From a virus, in the IMG/VR virus record IMGVR_UViG_3300042465_007464, positions 32,001 through 96,000 of that record: a stretch of DNA of 64,000 nucleotides; one strand, 5' to 3'. Below the pieces are notes generated by a model. That model worked only from the letters and a program-made list of their open reading frames with translations. It had not been told where the DNA came from and made no database searches. Made by a program: the position numbers and the translations under genes. This document shows, piece after piece, positions 30,301-38,635 of the stretch. The first letter of the stretch is position 1. Each line of letters begins with the position of its first letter.

Positions 30301-31991
30301 CGATTTCCACCTTGCCATGATTTATCGTTAACATATGTTATTTGTTTGCTTCGATCTCCAGCTACATTGTAATATTCTATTTTAAATGAAAGTTGATTTC
30401 CTGATTTATGTGCTGTTGGAACTAAACTTCGTATACGAGTGTAATTTGGAGTATATCCTGAATCATTATCCGTTGTAGTTCGTACATCGGAAAATTGCCA
30501 AGTACCATTTTCCAAAACCAATAACAATGTAGCAGTTCCATCTTTATCTGCTTCGAAATTGAATACATAATCATCTAAACGTTGATTATCACTATCTAAT
30601 TCAATTTCTCCAATTCTGCGTCCTAATATAACAGGTAGTTGTTGATTGAATAAATCAGTGGAATCGAAATTGAATGCACTACCAGATAAATATACAGATA
30701 GTTTAGGTAGCAATTCATTATTGCTAGTTCCTATTGCATCAATTGTTATTTTGTATTCAGCTCCGCCAACAAATGTTGCAGCGTACGCAGATTTTATTTG
30801 TGCTACATGAACTGCATCAGATGCAGATACATCCGTACTACTAGAAACTAACATTGCATTGTTAAGTGATGAAGTAGTCCAAGTTAACGTAGGTGCCGTT
30901 GCTGTAGTTTTTCCTATATACGTACGTGCTTCCCAATACGTATCAATTATGCTTTGTGAAGTAAATGAACCGATACTTAAATATGGACTTAATGATGCGG
31001 TGCTACTTACAAACATTTCAGTTTCTACTAGTTCAACATCATTAATCAATTCCCACGTGCCAACAGTACCGTTATTGTTCATAAACGTTTTGATACGTGC
31101 AACATCGCCAGTTGCGGGTTGTAAACCTCGTATTTCTATTGCTGCATACGACTCGGAATTTTGAGTTGCAACATATGTAGGAGTTGCTTCATATGAAATT
31201 GAATATGAAGATGCATCAAAATTTTTGTAAGTATGAACGGTCATACTTGCACTATGTAATACTTGATATTCTGTATCTAATAGTGCTAACGAATCTGATA
31301 GTATTTTTTTTATTGTTGTAGTATACGCAGTTGTAGATAGCGTATAATCGGGAGTTGGAGTAGGATTTTGTGGCGTCGAAACTGTAATAGTTCCACCTAC
31401 CATATCTCTGGTAAATTTTCCGTTGTATAATTGTATAGCTGGTTGTTCTTGATATGATGTATATTGTACGGTGCCTGTTGAATACGTAGGAAATTGACCG
31501 TTCGTATACACGCGGTCTAAATGTACACCTACTTGTTCCGTAATATTTACTGTTGGTAATTCATCAAAAACAATTTCCGTTATATTCGGAGACATCGCAT
31601 TTACCGTAGATTCTCGAGTCCATTTAACGTTAGGAAGTCCTTGCCATTCATCGGGTACGTTAGCTGATTGGCCAATCATCGTAACCGTGCATGCACCAGA
31701 CGGAGTTTCTTCATAAACGTATATGGAAATGATTATGGAACCATCATCTGTTAAATAATCGACTACTTCATAATAAATCGGTTCGCCATTGAAATCAATT
31801 ATTTCAATATCTATAGGACTTCCATAAACAAATGCATCAGGATTACCTTTAAATCTAAATGAATTTTTACCAGCAGTAAATTGCGTAGGAAATTCAGTAA
31901 TTTGAAAATAATCCGGAGAATCTAGTGACGTATCTTCAACGTAAACTGGAGTATTTTGTAAATCTTTATAAATTATTTCTTTGCGTTTCAT
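27318..31991 (-). CDS. Large virion/tail-fibre-associated protein
   Basis: 1557 aa; S/T/G-rich; repeated GNVGIG fibre motifs in the C-terminal third; late motif upstream. Confidence 0.7.
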   Translation of the reverse strand: MKRKEIIYKDLQNTPVYVEDTSLDSPDYFQITEFPTQFTAGKNSFRFKGNPDAFVYGSPIDIEIIDFNGEPIYYEVVDYLTDDGSIIISIYVYEETPSGACTVTMIGQSANVPDEWQGLPNVKWTRESTVNAMSPNITEIVFDELPTVNITEQVGVHLDRVYTNGQFPTYSTGTVQYTSYQEQPAIQLYNGKFTRDMVGGTITVSTPQNPTPTPDYTLSTTAYTTTIKKILSDSLALLDTEYQVLHSASMTVHTYKNFDASSYSISYEATPTYVATQNSESYAAIEIRGLQPATGDVARIKTFMNNNGTVGTWELINDVELVETEMFVSSTASLSPYLSIGSFTSQSIIDTYWEARTYIGKTTATAPTLTWTTSSLNNAMLVSSSTDVSASDAVHVAQIKSAYAATFVGGAEYKITIDAIGTSNNELLPKLSVYLSGSAFNFDSTDLFNQQLPVILGRRIGEIELDSDNQRLDDYVFNFEADKDGTATLLLVLENGTWQFSDVRTTTDNDSGYTPNYTRIRSLVPTAHKSGNQLSFKIEYYNVAGDRSKQITYVNDKSWQGGNRYIDGDYSMITGSLYVADALGSGIAITGQRNTGYVRSLGYTGFDAGNPGFLIWSGSALSGSTSKGAAYSGVGIELYANTASYLRYSTRDSELDIRTDKFFVGSSNQFISGANGNIEISSSGFHLDSAGNITASNGDFRGTNTADLYVYRVVQISSSSDPHLSTYTYGGRTYMCLNLTGSHDSNYTGSTSPAMFVKFPANFSTGSQTMYPIGAIKIHPDSWGSSGQYRSYGSIIVIESEYPQTNKIYLAKNAPHPNMPDSYIQGNDGYDNYSIAFQRGRATVAGTNYDGVVMPLDYNCRATLLQSAEFWTVSYLSNHYENALQTFRQFAHIVEVSEILEVSPAGGYANIPILYPQFFYLTSSVSNPNGILYIRNLETDGPVIQIESSSSSHIGTLDYSSLTNTIFGNVVDRNLLLITNNFPRLSISGSGEVGIGALADGVQFNVQTSAVASTQENIARFQVDDDTDSYLRIQNGTTTNGIFTPTILGQNSTTQIASFLIGRGAVDSGTTPITVFDSRIGTDASSVAAATRPLFQWRNNGTTYMTMTAAGNIGIGTTTPPASTLLDVSGSIRAGIVGDVALYFGAESSSGIPAADGARFKYEDNGAVGSGDGLIIEKTDFNGTTPDGGIMFANVGSNGIRRPTMTLLGNGNIGIRTTSSSYPLTIEAASGSANAENVFKAQVQDADGYLDIVNGTTANGVFSPFIRGIQSGSNTVALGIQTRIQTTDDTGTSALISMGARYANNTAISSSSTRPLFVFQNYTSSMVQIMANGNVGMGDDAYPPTAKLHINNTSTSASFLVEDSTNPDTTPFIIDTAGNVGIGKTSPSANLDVTGSVLVTGSLRVTGSIVSTGSVTINGSDITTAWTSYTPSWTAASSNPAIGNGSLQGWYKLVGKTCFVRGNIVMGSTTTFGSGEWYVSMPFTASHADAILMSANLLDNGSAWYNALLNGARAGFNYKTAIQYQSTGSTALDVNATQPFTWANTDRFIWNGSYEIA

Positions 31992-32018
31992 CCACAGATA
32001 TTCTTTTTATATAAATAT

Positions 32019-35000
32019 CTATGCGTGTTGAATATGGCTGAATCCGTTTATCTTATTTACTTCAATTAAATTATCAACCATGTCTCGCATAGTATCAACG
32101 TGTGAAATAATGATTGAGAAATCAAATTTAGTTCGGAAATAATCAAATAAATTTACTACCGAAGAAATGTGTTCTGCATCTAATGAACCCCACCCTTCAT
32201 CTATTGCAATGAAATTTGGACGAGGCAATGCTGATACATTGATAAGCGCAATTCGTATTGCAAGTGATGAAATGAATCGTTCCATACCACTTGTTAATTC
32301 TAATGGCCAAAAATTATCTTCATCATATATAATGTATCCATTGATGTTTTTTCCATCACTTTGAAGCACCATGTTGAAATCTACAACTTGATTGAGAACA
32401 TTGTTTATTTCAGTTTCAATTTTAGGCATCGCTTTTGTGATTAATTCATATGGCACGCCATCACGTTTAACTGAATCTAAATAATATTCGTATGCTTTGT
32501 ATTCCGTTTCAAGTTGTTTGTACGTTTCAAGTTGTTGCAATGCCGTTTTCTTTTCAGTCTTTGCAACTTCAATTGCCCCATGTTTGCTTCGAATCGTACC
32601 AGTTATAGTTTTTATTTGTGTTGCAATTTCATCGATACGTCCTCGTTTAGTTTCAATTTTCGTATCAACCGTTTTATTGTGTTTGATTGAAGTTTCATTA
32701 GCACGGAATGATTCTTGTCGTTCTAAACATGTTTCTAGTTCAGATTCGCGAGTTTGCAAATCATTTTCTAAAATTTGCAATTGCAATTCTTTGCGTTCCA
32801 TGTTATTTTTATCTGTTACAATTCCTCGTTGCAATGCAACAACTTCACGTTGTGTTTCATATACTGATTGTAATTTTGAAATTGCATCAAACACCGAATC
32901 GCGTTCCGTTTGCAATGTATTCAGTAACTGCAAATCTGCAACAATCGTATTTTGGGCTTCGATTGCATTTTGTACGAAAACGTTAGATGTACAGTATTGG
33001 CAGTTCGGATCGTATTCATGTTCGGCAAGGTGTTCAATTTTTTCTTGTTTTGCATCGATAATTCCTTGTTGTGTCTTAATTTGTTTGTTCGAATCGTTTA
33101 GTTGTGTGTTTAGTTTATCACAAATTTCAATATCCGTTTCAATTTGTTTAACGTCGTATTGTTTGAGTGTGGCTTTATTAGTATTGATTACAGATTCTAA
33201 ATTTTCAATTTCAGCTTCCGCAGTTTCAATTTCAGATTGTAGTTTTGTTATTTTTTGTGTCAGTGCCGTTTCAACGCGTTCCAATTCCGTTACATCTGGA
33301 CCTGTGTAAGTTGTTGGTAATTTAGTTTCAATCAATGCAAGAATGTCATTCTGTAACATGTTGCGTTCTTCTTGCAATGCATCTTCTTCCGTTTCTAAAT
33401 TGTTGATATCATCCTGATTTGCTGAGATAATTTCATCAGCTTCTGTAATGATAATATCGAATTTTGTTTGTTTAAACGTTTTTAATTTACCTGCAGTTTC
33501 TTTGATTTCATCTGCGGCAAGTTGATACAATTGTTCAAACACCGTAATGTCTAAGAATTGTGAAAGCAAATCTTTGCGTTCTTTTTGTGACTTTTCAATG
33601 AAATTGTTGTTGTCAGCTTGAAGTGAAAATGCAGTTAAAATGAAATCATCGTACGTACCTAAATAGCGACGTATTGCTTTATTTGTATCGCTACGTTCTT
33701 CGCCGTTCAAGTTTTCCGATTCAGTATAAAAATCAACATCTACTTTAACGTGCGATTCTTTTTTCTTGTTTTGTAATCCGCGACGTTCAATTGTGTAAGT
33801 AACGCCGTTCATTTCAAACTTAAACGCTCCACGAAACCAATTCTTCTTGTTGTTTAAAACTTCATTCGCTTTACCCGTTTTGCTACATTTATCAAATATA
33901 GTATACGTAATCGCATCTAACAAAGAAGATTTACCAGATGTATTTGCTGCGAATAAACCGCATACGTCTTTTAAATTATCAAAATGTATAACGTTACCTT
34001 CGCCATACGAAAACATGTTATCAAATTCAAAACTTATCGGATGCCACGTTGTGTGACGAATTGATTCAACTGCTGGCAATTTTGAATTGATTGTTCGATT
34101 GATGTGACGTATTGCATCTAGTTCAGCTGGAGTGGCTTGCGGATAATTAACTTCAATGTAATCTGTTATTAGCGTATTCTGATATTCAGCATCGCGAACA
34201 TTACCAATGCTAAATGATGATGTTGCGTTTGAATTTGAAATTGCAGAACTGCGTTGCACCGTAATGTCTTGTACATTGTATTTTTTACGGATAGTTGCAA
34301 TTAATTTTTGCATATCTGCTGCACTCGTATCATGAAACTTGATTCTGATGCGAGGCTTATTTGGCATTCGATGTGGAGATGCTACTATAGAAGTTCCATT
34401 GGTTTCGATAGTTACATAACCGTAATCATTTTGAATTTCAACAAACTCAGCACGCCGAGCTTCAACGTCCCATACCAATATTCCATGGTCCAATGCTTCG
34501 CCGTGATTTTGTTGAATTAATGAACCCGGATATGCAACTGTATGTTCATCATCTAAGAATTGTGCCGGTTTATGAATATCACCTAACAACGTAATGTCAT
34601 GTCCTTTAAACATATCAACCGTTACATGTTCATTTGATATTTGATAACCAATATCAGTTTTTGCAGTATTCACAGCGCCATGATGCAACGCAATTTTATA
34701 AGGAGCGTCGAAATCTGCAGCTTTGATGTATTCTGCCGGAGCTACGTCAACTGCCATGTGATTCCAAGTCACGCCACCAAATTCAAACAAACCATTTTCT
34801 TTTATGAAAATGATATTGTCGTTGTTGATAACATCTAACACGGGGCTAACAGCATCGACACGATGCATATTATTCAAATTCATGTCGTGATTACCTAGTA
34901 TAACAATTGTAGATATTTTGAAGCCGTTAAAGAACTCCACAAGCATTTGCACTAACTCTGGCGACATATCTAACTTACTATGAACAATGTCCCCAGTGAC

Positions 35001-35165
35001 TACTACGATGCTGTTACATGTAGAGTTAGCATCTATATACGCAAACATATTCTTAAACACTTCACGGTATTCCGTGTGTCGTTTTAAGGTACGTATGTGA
35101 ATATCTGATACGTGAAATATTTTGTCAATTCTTTCAATTGTGCTTGGTATCTTTTTTATGCCCAT
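32019..35165 (-). CDS. Fused Mre11/SbcD nuclease - Rad50/SbcC ATPase (gp47-gp46 fusion)
   Basis: SDIH, GDIVH, GNHD and GDIH phosphoesterase motifs; NTSGKSS Walker A; CQYC hook; SGME signature; IDEG..SLD; ISH. Confidence 0.92.
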   Translation of the reverse strand: MGIKKIPSTIERIDKIFHVSDIHIRTLKRHTEYREVFKNMFAYIDANSTCNSIVVVTGDIVHSKLDMSPELVQMLVEFFNGFKISTIVILGNHDMNLNNMHRVDAVSPVLDVINNDNIIFIKENGLFEFGGVTWNHMAVDVAPAEYIKAADFDAPYKIALHHGAVNTAKTDIGYQISNEHVTVDMFKGHDITLLGDIHKPAQFLDDEHTVAYPGSLIQQNHGEALDHGILVWDVEARRAEFVEIQNDYGYVTIETNGTSIVASPHRMPNKPRIRIKFHDTSAADMQKLIATIRKKYNVQDITVQRSSAISNSNATSSFSIGNVRDAEYQNTLITDYIEVNYPQATPAELDAIRHINRTINSKLPAVESIRHTTWHPISFEFDNMFSYGEGNVIHFDNLKDVCGLFAANTSGKSSLLDAITYTIFDKCSKTGKANEVLNNKKNWFRGAFKFEMNGVTYTIERRGLQNKKKESHVKVDVDFYTESENLNGEERSDTNKAIRRYLGTYDDFILTAFSLQADNNNFIEKSQKERKDLLSQFLDITVFEQLYQLAADEIKETAGKLKTFKQTKFDIIITEADEIISANQDDINNLETEEDALQEERNMLQNDILALIETKLPTTYTGPDVTELERVETALTQKITKLQSEIETAEAEIENLESVINTNKATLKQYDVKQIETDIEICDKLNTQLNDSNKQIKTQQGIIDAKQEKIEHLAEHEYDPNCQYCTSNVFVQNAIEAQNTIVADLQLLNTLQTERDSVFDAISKLQSVYETQREVVALQRGIVTDKNNMERKELQLQILENDLQTRESELETCLERQESFRANETSIKHNKTVDTKIETKRGRIDEIATQIKTITGTIRSKHGAIEVAKTEKKTALQQLETYKQLETEYKAYEYYLDSVKRDGVPYELITKAMPKIETEINNVLNQVVDFNMVLQSDGKNINGYIIYDEDNFWPLELTSGMERFISSLAIRIALINVSALPRPNFIAIDEGWGSLDAEHISSVVNLFDYFRTKFDFSIIISHVDTMRDMVDNLIEVNKINGFSHIQHA

Positions 35166-36100
35166 AGCATTCCCATTTTTAATTCCATCAAACGTTCAAA
35201 AGTTAAAACGTCTGTATTTGCTAGTATTTCTGTTATGCGTTGAAATCCTAATTCGGACGCATCGTCGTCTTGTAACTCCACGAAATAAACATTTAAGCCT
35301 TCTCCCATGAATCGTTCTGCAATTTGAATTGCTTTTGATAACGCATCGGCATCCAAGCAAATATAAATATTTTTTACGCGTTCTTCGATTATTTTTCTTT
35401 GCAATGCCGGTTGAATGATTTTACCAAACAACGGAATTGCATTGCGTTTAATTGCAATCGCATCAAATGAACCTTCACATAGTATAATCGGTTCAGCCCA
35501 ATTAACAAACATTTCGAAACCAATGATGTCTTTAGATATTTTTGGATTTTTATGTTTTTGGGTATCTGCTTTGTAAAATGCACGAGTTACAAAATAATTC
35601 AATTGTCCCGTTGCATCATAACTAGGTATTACAACTTTACCGGCATATTCTCCTGATTCGCAATAACCGATTCGATACTTGATAATATCAAATACAGTTA
35701 TGCCACGAGTTGTAACATAATGCAAAGCATTTCGATAATCCGGAGTAGATTTTTTTATCCAAAGTGGTCGATAATCTGCAGGTAATTGTATTGCAGCTGG
35801 TTTTTCAACCGTTGCATCTTGTTGTCGATAACGAGTTGATTCAACTATGCGTTGAAGTTGTTCAAACTTTTCTTTGGGTAAATTTAATTGTTTGAATAGA
35901 GACGCAATGCTTCGTCCTTTACGATCTGATATCCAACAATGCCAAGCATTTTCGCCAGCGTGATTTGTTTTGATATCAATTTCTAATTTTGGTTTGTAAT
36001 GAGAAACAAACGGAGAAAAGAAAGCAATGTTATCACCTGAAGTAGGTTTACCTTTTCCTAATACCGATTCCAGTAATTGTAATAACTTAAGATTCTTCAT
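35156..36100 (-). CDS. DNA primase (TOPRIM)
   Basis: Degenerate Zn-binding domain (SPF..H...WHCW), Y...RG, CEGSFDA, LFGK, LDADA, DASE. Confidence 0.85.
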   Translation of the reverse strand: MKNLKLLQLLESVLGKGKPTSGDNIAFFSPFVSHYKPKLEIDIKTNHAGENAWHCWISDRKGRSIASLFKQLNLPKEKFEQLQRIVESTRYRQQDATVEKPAAIQLPADYRPLWIKKSTPDYRNALHYVTTRGITVFDIIKYRIGYCESGEYAGKVVIPSYDATGQLNYFVTRAFYKADTQKHKNPKISKDIIGFEMFVNWAEPIILCEGSFDAIAIKRNAIPLFGKIIQPALQRKIIEERVKNIYICLDADALSKAIQIAERFMGEGLNVYFVELQDDDASELGFQRITEILANTDVLTFERLMELKMGMLWA

Positions 36101-36289
36101 TACTATAATATAATGAAATACTGTAATGATTCCAATTAATTATAATAATATTAATTAATATATTTATCGTTCATTGCATACATTTCATTTCTGAATGAAC
36201 GAATGATTCAATTAATCATCATTCCTTTAATTAAATAAATTTCATTAAATCTTCATGAATATATTAAATTTTTCCCACATTTCAAACCG

Positions 36290-36772
36290 TTATGCGAAAA
36301 AAGTTTTAATCGATCGAGGTTCTTCACCAGATTTCACACATTCTGCGAGCCATTCATCAGGAATATCCTTTTTTGCAACATGTTTTATGCCCAGCTTCAA
36401 TGCGTAAGATTCATATGTAGTGTTGCTACCTTTTGATATTTTTTGTGTAGGCGATTGAAACACCATGCGAATATCTATTCCAGGATTACTTGCAAGTACA
36501 TGTTTCATTTTTAAACGATCTGCACTAGTCCAACGTCCTTTTGTTTCTACATACATGATTTCTCCGTTGCGTTTTGTAAATACGAAGTCGGGAGTATATT
36601 TTGCTTTACGCTCTGGTACTATATAATTTAATGTTTCCGTCTCGTAATTCAAATCATATTCAGTACTTTTTATGCGTTCCGCGACTGTATGTTCTAATCC
36701 AGATTTATAACCGTATTTCAATGCGTTTGCTCGTTTCGAATTAGCCGCACTGTGCCAATGATTTTTTGCCAT
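36290..36772 (-). CDS. T7 endonuclease I-like Holliday junction resolvase
   Basis: YKSGLE, YTPDF, VETKGRW...DR.K, DIRMVF, IP.EW. Confidence 0.9.
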   Translation of the reverse strand: MAKNHWHSAANSKRANALKYGYKSGLEHTVAERIKSTEYDLNYETETLNYIVPERKAKYTPDFVFTKRNGEIMYVETKGRWTSADRLKMKHVLASNPGIDIRMVFQSPTQKISKGSNTTYESYALKLGIKHVAKKDIPDEWLAECVKSGEEPRSIKTFFA

Positions 36773-36775
36773 AAC

Positions 36776-37336
36776 TTATTTTATTTTGTATATAATGTAT
36801 TGTCTGTCTGTTCCTTTGTATGTTGCAATAGCACCAGTTGAATCTAATTCAAATTCATCTGCTTTTACATACACTTCTGGATGTAATGCTAAATGTCTAG
36901 GATTTTCAATTTTCAAATAACTACCATCTTCCGAACGACCTAATACTGCAACTTCCGGATGTCTTCGTGCATTAACGAGATCAAGCATTTTTTTTATTTT
37001 TGCATTATCGTAATCAATTTTAAATATGTCTGGTTGTTTTTTTGTATTTATATCTGAATCTACTTTAACAACAGTTCCTTCAGCTTTATTTCTAGCATCA
37101 ACATATGTTTGTATTACATTGATAGCTTTATCATAATTCTCCGGAGACAATGCTATTTTCATGTTTTTCCAAGATCCTGATCCTTTTTTTCGTGTAAACC
37201 AAGCTCCATTTTTTTGTACGTATTGCCATGGATCATTTCCAGGATTAATTTGAGTTCCATTTGATGCCGGATCTGTAGTTGAAAATGGTTTAGTTGTATC
37301 AAATGCTTCAAATAGCAAATTTTTTAATTTAATCAT
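36776..37336 (-). CDS. Putative internal head protein (MIKLKNLLFE leader)
   Basis: Leader shared with the two upstream genes; SD AAAGGA. Confidence 0.6.
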   Translation of the reverse strand: MIKLKNLLFEAFDTTKPFSTTDPASNGTQINPGNDPWQYVQKNGAWFTRKKGSGSWKNMKIALSPENYDKAINVIQTYVDARNKAEGTVVKVDSDINTKKQPDIFKIDYDNAKIKKMLDLVNARRHPEVAVLGRSEDGSYLKIENPRHLALHPEVYVKADEFELDSTGAIATYKGTDRQYIIYKIK

Positions 37337-37348
37337 GATATCCTTTTA

Positions 37349-38068
37349 TTACGCTACGTCGATATACGATGTAGGAATCCATCCTTTAACTTTACCACCA
37401 ACGTAAACTACAGAACATTCAAACTTAGCAGTTACATTAGAATCTCTATCTATTGTGTAACTCATTAAAACATAAACATCGCCAACACGTTGTCCTGATA
37501 TTGTTGCAGGTTTAAATGTACTTTGATCTGCGTCAGTTGGCCAACCTCTTTCATTAAATTCTGATAAATCATACTGACGCCAATCTTCATTAAAAACTGG
37601 AACGTATTTATCTGGATAACGAACTTTAATTGTTTTACCAACTAACTGTTGTTTTAATTCATTTTTAGCTGCGATAACCGCATCGTCAAATAATTTACGC
37701 CAATTTGTAGTATATGATTTTGCAGATAATTTTTGTATTTCGATTTTCGGAGACATCCAACCATTTTTATTTCTACGTACTGCTAACGGTTGTATGTTGT
37801 TATCCGTATTATTGTTATCTGTATTATCGGTATTTGCTTGTTGTTTCCGCGCCTGTGCTGCTTTTGGAAACTTTTTATCTAGTTTATCTATAGAAGATTT
37901 CCAAGCTGGATTAGTAGATATATTAAATTCTTTTCCTGTTTGTCTATTTTTTGACCACCATTCTCCATTTTTAATAGCATAAATATATGGATCTTTATCG
38001 TCATAGTTATAAACGTAACCTTTGTATAGCGTGGCTTGTTCCGTTAATATGCGTTTCAATTTTATCAC
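37349..38068 (-). CDS. Putative internal head protein (MIKLKRILTE leader)
   Basis: GTG start with SD; late motif at 38084-38091. Confidence 0.6.
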   Translation of the reverse strand: MIKLKRILTEQATLYKGYVYNYDDKDPYIYAIKNGEWWSKNRQTGKEFNISTNPAWKSSIDKLDKKFPKAAQARKQQANTDNTDNNNTDNNIQPLAVRRNKNGWMSPKIEIQKLSAKSYTTNWRKLFDDAVIAAKNELKQQLVGKTIKVRYPDKYVPVFNEDWRQYDLSEFNERGWPTDADQSTFKPATISGQRVGDVYVLMSYTIDRDSNVTAKFECSVVYVGGKVKGWIPTSYIDVA

Positions 38069-38090
38069 AGCATTTCCTTTTTAATAAATA

Positions 38091-38633
38091 TCACCAATCA
38101 ACTAAAACTAATTTTCCATTCCAGGTCATGATGTTATCGGATTTGAAATCTAAATCCAAATCCAAATCTTCAATTCCTAAACGACGTACATCAGTTTGCA
38201 ATGCACGTAAAAATGTAACTAGTTGCGGATCTGTGTTACGTGCACCGTCGGCATCTAAATAATCGAAGATGCTAGCATCTCCACCTGACGAACGTGCATA
38301 TTGTTTGTATCGTTCGTGAAATGAATCTATTTTTTGTTTAACAACATCTGGCAATGTTTCTGCATTTGCCATTATGTACATGTTTTTATCATTAGTATAA
38401 TATACAGGAATGAATGTAGATATCAATGATGTTTTGCCTATGAGTTCTTGTGCAACTTCGAATTCAGCTGGTTCTGTAGTAATCTTAAAAACTTTGTCTT
38501 CGCCGTTGATTTCATATACTTTACCATTATCACCTGCGGCAACGAAACTATATTCTTTGTTACGAATTTTATCTAAACAACGCTTAATGTCTGTATCTTC
38601 CATTTCGCGAAGTAATTGTTTTAATCGTATCAT
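38091..38633 (-). CDS. Minimal protein-kinase-like protein with MIRLKQLLRE leader
   Basis: AAGDNGKVY Gly loop, VFK lysine, alphaC Glu, DFKSDN catalytic loop, LVDW at the extreme C-terminus. Confidence 0.75.
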   Translation of the reverse strand: MIRLKQLLREMEDTDIKRCLDKIRNKEYSFVAAGDNGKVYEINGEDKVFKITTEPAEFEVAQELIGKTSLISTFIPVYYTNDKNMYIMANAETLPDVVKQKIDSFHERYKQYARSSGGDASIFDYLDADGARNTDPQLVTFLRALQTDVRRLGIEDLDLDLDFKSDNIMTWNGKLVLVDW

Positions 38634-38635
38634 AG

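Noticed and set aside
32497-33309. 270-aa plus-strand ORF
   Set aside because: Antisense to the Rad50 coiled coil, with Ser/Cys-rich shadow composition.
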